A stretch of DNA of 64,000 nucleotides, from assembly GCA_963787445.1 (NCBI GenBank), contig CAWBCT010000005.1, positions 1 to 64,000 of the forward strand. Direction: 5' to 3'. The stretch's first letter is position 1. Each line of letters starts with the position of its first letter. Source of the DNA: an uncultured archaeon. GTDB taxonomy: Archaea; Micrarchaeota; Micrarchaeia; Micrarchaeales; CABMGC01. Of the stretch, positions 11,816 through 20,132 are shown piece after piece. Under the pieces are notes generated by a model. The model was not told the origin of the DNA and searched no databases. It saw only the letters and a program-made list of their open reading frames with translations. A program made the translations under genes and the position numbers.

Positions 11816-11850
11816 CGCCATCGGACCGCGGACCGGCGCTCGCGCGCCGC

Positions 11851-12375
11851 TCAGTGCTCGATACCTTCGCGGGCTCCGACGCCGGCGTCGTAGTAGTGCT
11901 TGAGCGGCCGCATCTCGGTGACCAGGTCGGCGGCCGCGACGATCTCGGCCGGCGCCCGCCGGCCGGTGGCCACGAGCTCGACGTGGGCCGGCTTGCCGGC
12001 AAACAGCGCGCACACGTCGGCGGCCGTGACGAGCTCGAAGAACACCGCCGTGATGAGCTCGTCGAGCACCACGACGTCGTACCGGCCGCCGCCCACCAGG
12101 TCGCGCGCCCGGGCAAAGCCGGCCGCCGCGGCTCGCCGGTCGTCGGGCGTGGCCTCGCCCAGGCGCACCCAGTGGTCGAGCCCGACCTGCTCGACCCTGA
12201 TGCCGAGCCGCTCGGCCGAGACGACCTCGCCGCACGACGGGTCGGCCTTCATGAACTGCGTGACCAGGACGCTCAGCCCACGGCCGGCGGCGCGCATGGC
12301 AAGGCCGAACGCGGCCGTCGTCTTGCCCTTGCCGTCGCCCGTATAGATCTGGACGTAGCCCGTGCGCTCGCTCAT
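11851..12375 (-). CDS. cobO: Cob(I)yrinic acid a,c-diamide adenosyltransferase (CobO/BtuR family)
   Basis: VQIYTGDGKGKTTAAFGLAMRAAGRG, VVVLDEL, ELVATGR, ADLVTEMRPLKHYY..GV.AREGIE. Confidence 0.95.
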   Translation of the reverse strand: MSERTGYVQIYTGDGKGKTTAAFGLAMRAAGRGLSVLVTQFMKADPSCGEVVSAERLGIRVEQVGLDHWVRLGEATPDDRRAAAAGFARARDLVGGGRYDVVVLDELITAVFFELVTAADVCALFAGKPAHVELVATGRRAPAEIVAAADLVTEMRPLKHYYDAGVGAREGIEH

Positions 12376-12393
12376 CGCCACGCTTTCTCAGGG

Positions 12394-12449
12394 GCGGCGG
12401 GCGGCGGGCGGCGGCGGGCATTCGCCCGCCGCCGCCCGCCGCCCGCCGC
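12394..12449. repeat. Perfect 26-bp all-GC inverted repeat built from GCGGCGG units (4-nt loop)
   Basis: 12394-12419 is the exact reverse complement of 12424-12449. It sits between the hbd stop and the cobO start. Confidence 0.9.
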
Positions 12450-12456
12450 GCTGCCC

Positions 12457-13305
12457 TCAGTAGTTGTAGAAGCCGGCGCCGCTCTTGCGCCCGAGCTTGC
12501 CGGCCGCGACGAGCTCGCCGAGCAGCGCACAGGGCCGGTACCCGGGGTCGCCCAGATCGCGCTCGAGGCTCTCGAGGATGGCCTTGGTGGTGTCGAGGCC
12601 GACGAGGTCGGCGAGCGCCAGCGGGCCCATCGGGAAGTTGGCGCCGAGCTTCATGCCGGTGTCGATGTCGGCGGCGGTGGCGACGCCTTCGGCGAGCGCC
12701 TGGGCCGCGTCGTTGATCATCGGGAAGAGGATGCGGTTGACGACGAACCCCGGCGAGTCCTTGACCGTGATCGGCGTCTTGCCGACGGTCTCGCAGAAGT
12801 CGCGCGCCGCGGCCACGGTGGCGTCGGCGGTGGCGACTCCGCGCACGACCTCGACCAGCGCCATGGCCGGCACGGGGTTGAAGAAGTGGATGCCCACGAA
12901 GCGCTCGGGACGCGCGACGAAACCCGCCAGGGTGCTCACCGACAGGCTCGAGGTGTTACTGGCGATGATGGCCTCGGGGCGCAGGGCGCCGGCGGCGCGC
13001 TCGAGCAGGCCGCGCTTGATCTCGATTGACTCGGGCGCCGCTTCGATGAACAGATCGGCGTCGGCGCCCGCCGAGACGTCGAGCCCCGTCGTTATACGCC
13101 CCAGGGCGGCGTCGCGCTCGGCCGCGCTGACCCGGCCCTTCTCGACCGCCCGGCCGAGCTGCTTCTCGATGCCGGCCATGCCTTTGGCGATGAACTCGTC
13201 GGCGACGTCGATCATGGTCGCCTGCAGGCCGGCCTGGACGGCCACCTGGACGATGCCCGCCCCCATCTGCCCGGCTCCCGCGACCAGCACCTTGCGAATC
13301 TTCAC
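12457..13305 (-). CDS. hbd: 3-hydroxybutyryl-CoA dehydrogenase
   Basis: VAGAGQMGAGI, EAAPE, ASNTSSLS, GIHFFNPVPAMALVEVV, PGFVVNRIL, PMGPLALADLVGLD, LGRKSGAGFY. Confidence 0.93.
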   Translation of the reverse strand: MKIRKVLVAGAGQMGAGIVQVAVQAGLQATMIDVADEFIAKGMAGIEKQLGRAVEKGRVSAAERDAALGRITTGLDVSAGADADLFIEAAPESIEIKRGLLERAAGALRPEAIIASNTSSLSVSTLAGFVARPERFVGIHFFNPVPAMALVEVVRGVATADATVAAARDFCETVGKTPITVKDSPGFVVNRILFPMINDAAQALAEGVATAADIDTGMKLGANFPMGPLALADLVGLDTTKAILESLERDLGDPGYRPCALLGELVAAGKLGRKSGAGFYNY

Positions 13306-13424
13306 TTCGAGTCCCTCCTTCGACCGCCGGCGCCGCCCGGCAGACTACCGGGAAGGCCTCGACCGCGGCCCCGCCCGACGTCGGCGCGGACCGGGGTCGG
13401 CCCGCCCGGCTCGGCGAGGCCCTA

Positions 13425-13433
13425 TGCTACTAT
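13425..13433 (+). promoter_or_regulatory. Putative extended -10 (TGcTACTAT) for a leaderless diguanylate cyclase transcript
   Basis: TG-n-TACTAT lies 7 nt upstream of GTG 13441; no SD. Confidence 0.55.
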
Positions 13434-13440
13434 AGGCTCG

Positions 13441-15093
13441 GTGATGGACTGCAAGTTCCTCGACTCCTACCAGGCCGACCTCGACGGTAACAGCATTGAC
13501 GTCTGGTACTGTCGCAAGCGCGATCCGTTCGTGCTCGGTCCGAGCCGCGAAGTCGCTCTGCGCACCTGTTCCGGCTGCCGACTGTCCGACCACACCCGAC
13601 CGCCCAGCGAGCTCGCCTACGAGGTGGAGCGCCGCAACCAGGAGCTGGTCGCCCTCAACGCCATCGTGTCGGCCGTCAACTCGTCGCTCGACCTCTCCAC
13701 CGTGCTGAACACCGGCCTCGACAAGGCCATCGAGATCCTCCAGGTCGACGCCGGCTGGGTCGCCCTGGCCGCGGGCGAGGAGCTGCACCTCGCCCTGCAC
13801 CGCGGCGTCTCCGACGGCTACGCGCGCGCCATCTCGACCCTCGGCGCCCAGGAGGGCGTCGTGGGCCTGGTCGCCCGCGAGCAGGAGACGGCGGTGGTCG
13901 AAGACGTCTCGGCCAGCAAGACGCTGCCCCTGGCCGCCGCCGAGGGGCTCGAGACGATCCTCGCCACCCCTCTCAAGGCGCAAGGCAGGCTGCTCGGCGT
14001 GATGGCGGTCGCCACCCGCGCCCCGCGGTCGTACTCGGCCGACGACATCTACTTCGTCAGCTCGGCCGGCGCCCAGCTCGCTTCGGCCATCGAGCACGCC
14101 CTGCTGTTTCGCGAGCAGATCGACCGCGTCGAGCGCGAGCGCCGCCTGCTCGAGGCCGTCGAGACCGTCAACCGCAGCCTGGGCACCCACTCCGTGTCGA
14201 CGACGGTGGTGACCGAAGCGGCCCGCCTGATGAACACCGACAAGGCGGCCCTGCTGGCCATCAAGGGCGACGTGCTGGTGGCCGAAGACGTCCACAACCT
14301 GAGCGCCGAGTTTCGCCGCCTGTTCGTGCTGCCCCTCGAGGCGTCGGTCTCGGGCCGGGCGATCCGCGACGGAACCCCGGTGGCGATCGACGACGTCGAG
14401 CGCGAGCCCCTGGCCGACGCCGCCATCGGCGCCGCCGGCGGCTACCGCGCCTTTCTCACGGCGCCGCTGCAGTCCTCCAAGGGCTGCTACGGCGCCCTGT
14501 CGGTGTTCTTCGAGCGGCCCCACCGGTTCTCCGACGACGACAAGACCATCCTGGCGACGTTCGCCAGCCAGGCGGCCGTGGCCCTCGAAAACCAGCGGCT
14601 CATCCGCGAGAAGGACGAGCTGGCGCGCACCGACGGCCTGACCGAGGTGGCCAACCGCAGCTACCTCGAGCTCACCCTCGACCAGACCATGCATGCGGTG
14701 CACCGCAACGGCGGCCTGGTCAGCCTGCTGTTCATCGACGTCGACGACCTGAAGACGGTGAACGACCAGCGCGGCCACCAGGCCGGCGACCGGGTGCTGC
14801 GCGACCTGGCCCGGCTGCTGGCCGACAGCTGCCGCGAGACCGACACCGTGGCGCGCTACGGCGGCGACGAGTTCGTCGTGCTGATGCCCGACACCGATGC
14901 CCGCGGTGCCCGACAGGTCCTGGCGAAGATCGACCAAGCCATCGAGCGACGCAACGACGAGACGCCCGACGACGTTCCGCTGCGCGCCAGCATGGGTCTG
15001 CAGACCTCGGGCTGGTCCGACCCCGGGGAGCTGCTCCTGGCGGCCGACCGCAGCATGTACGAGATGAAGCGCCAGAGAGCGGCGGCATCCTGA
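13441..15093 (+). CDS. Diguanylate cyclase: Cys-rich N-terminus, GAF, GAF, GGDEF
   Basis: Two GAF-like segments, then TDGLTEVANR, LFIDVDDLKTVND..GHQAGD and RETD-x5-GGDEF (I-site and active site intact). Confidence 0.95.
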   Translation: MMDCKFLDSYQADLDGNSIDVWYCRKRDPFVLGPSREVALRTCSGCRLSDHTRPPSELAYEVERRNQELVALNAIVSAVNSSLDLSTVLNTGLDKAIEILQVDAGWVALAAGEELHLALHRGVSDGYARAISTLGAQEGVVGLVAREQETAVVEDVSASKTLPLAAAEGLETILATPLKAQGRLLGVMAVATRAPRSYSADDIYFVSSAGAQLASAIEHALLFREQIDRVERERRLLEAVETVNRSLGTHSVSTTVVTEAARLMNTDKAALLAIKGDVLVAEDVHNLSAEFRRLFVLPLEASVSGRAIRDGTPVAIDDVEREPLADAAIGAAGGYRAFLTAPLQSSKGCYGALSVFFERPHRFSDDDKTILATFASQAAVALENQRLIREKDELARTDGLTEVANRSYLELTLDQTMHAVHRNGGLVSLLFIDVDDLKTVNDQRGHQAGDRVLRDLARLLADSCRETDTVARYGGDEFVVLMPDTDARGARQVLAKIDQAIERRNDETPDDVPLRASMGLQTSGWSDPGELLLAADRSMYEMKRQRAAAS

Positions 15094-15129
15094 CGGCCGC
15101 CGCCGGCCACCCGCGAACGCGATGAGGAC

Positions 15130-15804
15130 ATGAACGACCACCTGCCGCCCAAGATCATCGCCTGCGAGACGCTGCGCGACGAGGTCACGCGCGTCGCCGG
15201 CGATCTCGAGGTCGAGTTCTGCGAGGGCCGGCTGCACGACCGGCCCGAGCGCCTGCGCGACACGTTGAACGAGCGCATCGCGGCGACGCCCGGGGCGCGC
15301 ACCATCCTCCTCGCTTACGGCCGCTGCTCCAACGGCACCGCCGGCCTCGAGGCCGGACCGCACCGCCTGGTGCTGCCGGCGGTCGACGACTGCATCGCCA
15401 TCCTGCTGGGCTCGCGCGACGAGTACCTGCGCCAGTTCAGCGGCTGCCCCGGCACCTACTACTACACGCGCGGCTGGATCGAGTACATCGACGACCCCTA
15501 CCACGAGTACCTGCAGATGATCCCCCGCTACGGCGAGCCGAAGGCGCGCGAGATCGCCCACCTGATCCTCGCCAACTACCGCCGCGTGGCGCTCGTCGAC
15601 ACCGGCACCTACGAGCTCGCCGACTGCCGCGAGTACCTGCGCACCGTCTGCGAGTTCTACGACCTGCCGCTCGAGGTGCTGCCCGGCTCGCTGCGCCTGC
15701 TCGAGAAGCTCGTCGCAGCGGCGCCACACGACGGCGAGTTCATCACCGTCGCGCCGGGCGAAGTGCTCGACGAACGGCTGTTCTGGGAAGTATCCAGGAG
15801 GTGA
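15130..15804 (+). CDS. DUF1638 domain protein
   Basis: KIIACETL, GRLHDRPERLR, ILLAYGRCSNGTAGL, DDCIAILLGS, GTYYYTRGW. Confidence 0.85.
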   Translation: MNDHLPPKIIACETLRDEVTRVAGDLEVEFCEGRLHDRPERLRDTLNERIAATPGARTILLAYGRCSNGTAGLEAGPHRLVLPAVDDCIAILLGSRDEYLRQFSGCPGTYYYTRGWIEYIDDPYHEYLQMIPRYGEPKAREIAHLILANYRRVALVDTGTYELADCREYLRTVCEFYDLPLEVLPGSLRLLEKLVAAAPHDGEFITVAPGEVLDERLFWEVSRR

Positions 15805-15806
15805 CC

Positions 15807-16619
15807 ATGCGCATCGGCGTCGTACAGACCCTGAACGCCCCGCCCGACATGACCGCCGCGCTGCGGGCCGGTCTGGCGCGCCTGCAGGACGCCAGGGAGG
15901 CGCAGGTCGACCTGGTCGTCTTTCCCGAGCTCTTCCTGGGCGGCTACTTCGTCGACCAGGCGATGGTGCGGCGGGCGAGCGAGGCGAGAGCCTCGCTCGC
16001 CCGCCTCCAGGCCGCGGTCGACCAGCTCAACGTCTCCTGCGTGGTCGGCGTGCCCGACCTGCGCGACGGGGTGCTCTTCGACGCGGTCGCCATCCTGCGC
16101 CCCCGGCACGAGCCCGGCCGCTACGCCAAGACGCACCTCTTCCGCGCCGAGAAGGAGCTGTTCACCCCGGGCTCGTCGTTCTGGACGGGCGAGATCGCCG
16201 GCTGGCAGTGCGGGGTGATGGTCTGCTACGAGATCGCCTTTCCCGAGGTGGCGCGCTCCCTGGCCCTGTCGGGCGCGCGCCTGCTGATCGTGCCGGCGGC
16301 GTTCGGCAAGAGCCGCCTGCGGATCTGGCAGATCGCGACCGTCTCGCGCGCCATCGAGAACGGCTGCTTCCTGGCGGCCGCCGCCCACGCCGGCGGCAAC
16401 GGCGTCACTGAGTTCGCCGGCCACAGCCGCGTGATCGACCCCGCCGGAGAGGTCCTGGCCGACGCCGGCGACCGCGCCGAGATGCTCATCGTCGAGCTGC
16501 GCGAACGCATCGTCGACGAGGTCCGGGCGGGGCGCGCCGACAGCCACGCCGGCCTCGCCGACCGGCGGCCCGAGCTCTACGGCGCCCTGACCGAGCCGCG
16601 CAAGGAGCCGCGCCGCTAG
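15807..16619 (+). CDS. Carbon-nitrogen hydrolase (nitrilase/amidase family)
   Basis: E-K-C triad in VFPELFLGGY, YAKTHLF and VCYEIAFPE; also RAIENGCF and DRRPELY. Confidence 0.93.
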   Translation: MRIGVVQTLNAPPDMTAALRAGLARLQDAREAQVDLVVFPELFLGGYFVDQAMVRRASEARASLARLQAAVDQLNVSCVVGVPDLRDGVLFDAVAILRPRHEPGRYAKTHLFRAEKELFTPGSSFWTGEIAGWQCGVMVCYEIAFPEVARSLALSGARLLIVPAAFGKSRLRIWQIATVSRAIENGCFLAAAAHAGGNGVTEFAGHSRVIDPAGEVLADAGDRAEMLIVELRERIVDEVRAGRADSHAGLADRRPELYGALTEPRKEPRR

Positions 16620-17272
16620 CTCGCCTTCGGCGGCTTTCTGGTCGTCGCTTTCTTGGCGGCCGTCGGCTTCTTGGCGGCCGCCGGTTTCTTGGCGGCCGTC
16701 GGCGTCTTGGCGGCCGATTTCTTCGCCGCCGGTTTCTTGGCGGCCGTCGGCGTCTTGGCGGCCGGCTTGGGCGCCGCTGGGCGGCGCCCGGCGGCGCCCG
16801 CGTCTGGGGCTATCGCAGGCTCGCTCTCACCCTCGGCCGCAGGATGAGCATCGGCTTCGGAACCCTTACTGGAAGGCTTCGCCGCGGGCGTCGGCCCGAC
16901 CGGCGCCGGCTGAGCCGCGGCGGCAGGCCGCGGCTCGGCGCTGGCCCGGGCGAAGTTCAACTGCATCTGCGCCAGCGTCGAGCGCAGGCTGCCGACCTCG
17001 GGGTCGCCTTCGCTTTCGACGACCTCGATGAGGCGCCGCAGCGACTCGATCGCCACGCGGGCGTCGCCCAGGTCGCGCAGCTCCCTGGTCTGCTCCGTGA
17101 GGCCGAGCTTCTCGTAGCCCACGGTGACCAGGGTCACCATCATGTCGCGCACCAGGTCGACCACGTGCAACTGCCTGAGCTGCTCGCGGTAGAGCTCGGC
17201 GCGTTCCTGGTCGCTCAGCGGGCGACCCTCATGCGAGCGCTCGTCGCGCCCGGCGGTCTCGTCGTCTGCCAT
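16616..17272 (-). CDS. DUF1844-like helical protein with a Lys/Ala-rich histone-H1-like tail
   Basis: GYEKLGL...RDLGDARVAIESL...LRSTLAQMQLNFA, then repeated AAKKP/AAKTPT. ATG at 17272. Confidence 0.65.
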   Translation of the reverse strand: MADDETAGRDERSHEGRPLSDQERAELYREQLRQLHVVDLVRDMMVTLVTVGYEKLGLTEQTRELRDLGDARVAIESLRRLIEVVESEGDPEVGSLRSTLAQMQLNFARASAEPRPAAAAQPAPVGPTPAAKPSSKGSEADAHPAAEGESEPAIAPDAGAAGRRPAAPKPAAKTPTAAKKPAAKKSAAKTPTAAKKPAAAKKPTAAKKATTRKPPKAS

Positions 17273-17280
17273 CGAACCGG

Positions 17281-18450
17281 TCACCTCCCGTCGACGCCGA
17301 GGTTCGCGTTGGCCAGCGCGACCGTGTCGGCGTGCATCTCGTGGATGGACTGTCCCGCGGCCAGCGCCCGGCCCTGACGCTGGGCGCCGTTGCCTTCCGC
17401 CAGCAGGCGCCCGACATCGTCGAGGTGGGCGCCCAGGCCCAGGGCCTCGCCGGCCGGCCGTACCCACTCGACCAACTCGCGCAGCGCGTCGGGGGCCGGC
17501 ACCTCGAGGCCGCGATCCCAGTCGACCAGCTTGCCGTCGAGCCCGTAGCGCACGGCGCGCCAGAGGTTCTCCTCGATCCAGCGCGTCTCGCGCACCGGCA
17601 GGGGGCGGCCGTCGTCGACCATGCCGGCCAGCGTCGCGACGAGGCCCAGCGCCAAGGCGTGGACGGCCAGGGTCTGCCACGACTCGGTCTGCACGTCGCA
17701 GATGCGCACCTCGACGGTGCCGTAGGTGTGATGCGGGCGCACGCTCCACCAGACCTGCGTGAACTCCTGGATGCAATCGGTCGCGAAGAGCAGCTCGAAG
17801 TAGCGCCGCTGCACCGCCCAGCTACCGAAGATGTCGGGGATGCCGCAGCGCGGGAACATGCGCACGAAGGTCTGCGTGCGGGCCGAGTGCAGGTGCGTCC
17901 AGACGCCGTCGATGCAGGGCGAGTTCGCCGACAGGGCGAGCAGATACGGCAGGTAGGCGCGCATGGCGTCGCAGACGGCGATCGCCCGGTCGATGCCGCG
18001 GATGCCGATGTGGATGTGCTGGCTCCAGGTGTTGTTGCGCCAGGCGACGTACTTGAGCTTGTCCTCGACGGCGTGATAGTGCGGCGTGTCGATGATGCGC
18101 TGGTCCTGCCAGGGCGAGAAAGGGTGCGTGCCGCTGGCGCCCAGCGTGTAGCCCTGGTCGCGGGCGTGGGCAAAGAGGGCGAGGCGGCGCGCGACGATGT
18201 CGCGCGCCGCCTCGCCGAACGACTCGCACCGGGGCGTGGCGATCTCGATCTCGCTCGAGATCAGCTCGCCGAGGATGCGCTCCCGCAGCTCCGCCGGGGC
18301 GCTGTCACGCAGCAGCTCGAAGGCGCCGGTGAGGGCGAGGCTGCCCGGGTCGAGGATCTGGTACTCCTCCTCGAGGCCGATCGTGAAATCGGTCGAGGTC
18401 GCAAAGCGTTCCTCGACCTGGGCGAGGTAGGTGTCGGGATCGGACAGCAC
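17281..18450 (-). CDS. Carboxylate-amine ligase (YbdK / glutamate-cysteine ligase 2 family)
   Basis: FTIGLEEEYQILDP, EIEIAT, ASGTHPF, HIHIG, LLALSANSP, WWSVRPH..YGTVEVRICD, ENLWRAVRYG. Confidence 0.92.
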   Translation of the reverse strand: MLSDPDTYLAQVEERFATSTDFTIGLEEEYQILDPGSLALTGAFELLRDSAPAELRERILGELISSEIEIATPRCESFGEAARDIVARRLALFAHARDQGYTLGASGTHPFSPWQDQRIIDTPHYHAVEDKLKYVAWRNNTWSQHIHIGIRGIDRAIAVCDAMRAYLPYLLALSANSPCIDGVWTHLHSARTQTFVRMFPRCGIPDIFGSWAVQRRYFELLFATDCIQEFTQVWWSVRPHHTYGTVEVRICDVQTESWQTLAVHALALGLVATLAGMVDDGRPLPVRETRWIEENLWRAVRYGLDGKLVDWDRGLEVPAPDALRELVEWVRPAGEALGLGAHLDDVGRLLAEGNGAQRQGRALAAGQSIHEMHADTVALANANLGVDGR

Positions 18451-18570
18451 GGTCGGCACAGTATACCCGCGGGCCAATGGCAAGAAGTGGGGCGGCCGGC
18501 GGCGCGCCTGGCGGCGCGCCGCCGGCCGCCCCGAGAGGCGTTGCCGGCCTTACTGGCGGCGCTTGCCGGT

Positions 18571-19221
18571 CTAGGCCACGCCCAGCAGGGTCTTGGCGGC
18601 CACCACGGCCTCGATGGCGTCCTCGGCGTAGCCGTCGGCGCCGATCTCGTCGGCCCAGGCGCGGGTCGTGGGGGCGCCGCCGATCATGACCTTGATCTGC
18701 TCGCGCAGACCGGCGGCCTTTAAGGCCTCGATGGTCTTGGCCTGGTTGGGCATGGTGGTGGTCAAAAGAGCGGAGAGCAGCAGCAGGTCGGGCTTGACGG
18801 CCTGGCAGGTGGCGACGAAGGCCTCGGGGGCCACGTCGCAGCCCACGTCGGTGACCTCAAATCCGGCCGCTGAGAGCATGCTGCAGACGATCGTCTTGCC
18901 GATCTCGTGGATGTCGCCGGCGACCGTGCCGGCGACGGCGATGCCGGTCGCCTTGCGGCCCTCCTTGGAGGCGTCTAAGGCGGGCTGCAGGACCCTCACG
19001 GCGGCCTTCATGGCCTCGGCCCCCTGGACCAGCTCGGGCAGGAAGAACTCGCCTTTGCCGAAGAGGTCGCCGACCTCCTCGATGCCCTTGACGAAGCCCT
19101 TGTCTAAGATGTCGGCCGCAGAGAGGCCCATGTCGAGGCCTTTCTGGGCCAGGACGGCGGCGGTGTCGTCCTCGCCGTCGATCACTGCTTGGGCCATCTG
19201 GGAGTAGATCTCGTCGGTCAC
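18571..19221 (-). CDS. Corrinoid (cobalamin-binding) protein of the methyltransferase type (MttC/MtbC-like)
   Basis: Cap domain VGDLFGKGEFFLPELV, B12 motif GDIHEIGK, SALLTTTM, MIGGAP, IGADGYAEDA. SD AAGGAGG precedes GTG 19221. Confidence 0.95.
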   Translation of the reverse strand: MTDEIYSQMAQAVIDGEDDTAAVLAQKGLDMGLSAADILDKGFVKGIEEVGDLFGKGEFFLPELVQGAEAMKAAVRVLQPALDASKEGRKATGIAVAGTVAGDIHEIGKTIVCSMLSAAGFEVTDVGCDVAPEAFVATCQAVKPDLLLLSALLTTTMPNQAKTIEALKAAGLREQIKVMIGGAPTTRAWADEIGADGYAEDAIEAVVAAKTLLGVA

Positions 19222-19405
19222 CAGGTCCTCCTTCACGCACTACTTCCGTCAGCGATGACTTCTGGAGGCGCGCGCGCCGCGCGCGCCGGCAAGAAGCTTG
19301 AGTCTCGGTGCGTCCCCACGGCCACCCGTGCCCGTCTGAACGCCGACTCAGGCTACCGAAGGCGGCGGGGCTCTGCAACCTGACCCGCCCGCGACTTGCG
19401 CCGAC

Positions 19406-19441
19406 CTGACAGTTCGCTAACATTACGCTCCGGTCTACGAT
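19406..19441 (+). promoter_or_regulatory. Putative PHO-box-like direct repeat plus -10 upstream of DUF47-pit
   Basis: CTGACA (19406-19411) and CTAACA (19417-19422) are 11 bp apart, followed by TACGAT (19436-19441). Confidence 0.45.
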
Positions 19442-19514
19442 GGCGCTCCGGCACAATGCGGGCGGGTGGATCCCGCCGGCGGCACGGTCGCGACCGGTCA
19501 AGGAGGGGGACCAC

Positions 19515-20132
19515 GTGAAACTCAGCCTCGTTCCGCAGGAGCGGGAGTACTTCCGCCTGTTCTCGGAGTTCGCCGCCACGCTCGATCAGGCCGCCCAGCT
19601 TCTGGCCAGCCTCATGAGCGACTTCTCTGCTCTCAAGAGCACGGCGCGCCAGATGGTCGAGCTCGAGCACGTCGGCGACAAGATCGTGCACGACATCGTC
19701 AAGCGCCTCAACAAGACCTTCATCACGCCCCTCGACCGCGAGGACATCTACGATCTCGCCGCGACCCTCGACGAGGTCCTCGACAGCATCGAGGCGGCCG
19801 TCGACATGATGCTCCTCTACCGCATCGCGGCGCCCGCGCAGCACGCGGTCGAGCAGTCGGCCGTGATCGCCAAGCAGACGGCCGTGCTGCGCCTGGCGAT
19901 CGACAGCCTCGAGAAGCGCAAGGGGCTCAACGATCACTGGATCGAGGTCAACCGGCTCGAGAACGACGGCGACCGGCTGTACCGCGACGCCGTCGCCGAG
20001 CTCTTCGACGGCGACATGAAGTGCACCGACATCATCAAGTGGAAGGACATCTACAGCACGCTCGAGCACGCCATCGACGATTGTGAGCACGTCGCCAACA
20101 TCATCGAGAGCATCGTGCTCAAGAACACCTGA
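19515..20132 (+). CDS. DUF47/PhoU-like phosphate transport regulator
   Basis: LEHVGDKIVHDI..RLNKTFITPLDREDI, EVNRLENDGD, IKWKDIY..LE.AIDDCE. SD AGGAGG precedes GTG 19515. Confidence 0.93.
   Translation: MKLSLVPQEREYFRLFSEFAATLDQAAQLLASLMSDFSALKSTARQMVELEHVGDKIVHDIVKRLNKTFITPLDREDIYDLAATLDEVLDSIEAAVDMMLLYRIAAPAQHAVEQSAVIAKQTAVLRLAIDSLEKRKGLNDHWIEVNRLENDGDRLYRDAVAELFDGDMKCTDIIKWKDIYSTLEHAIDDCEHVANIIESIVLKNT

Noticed and set aside
13345-15729. Long antisense or alternative-frame ORFs (this 794-aa ORF, also 6774-8318, 35984-39560, 44924-46747, 47496-49490, 53535-55406)
   Set aside because: Shadow ORFs expected in high-GC DNA opposite well-supported genes; they have no recognisable motifs.
19240-19400. 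Cobalamin riboswitch upstream of the corrinoid protein
   Set aside because: I could not find a B12-box or the other conserved cobalamin-riboswitch motifs on the minus strand.
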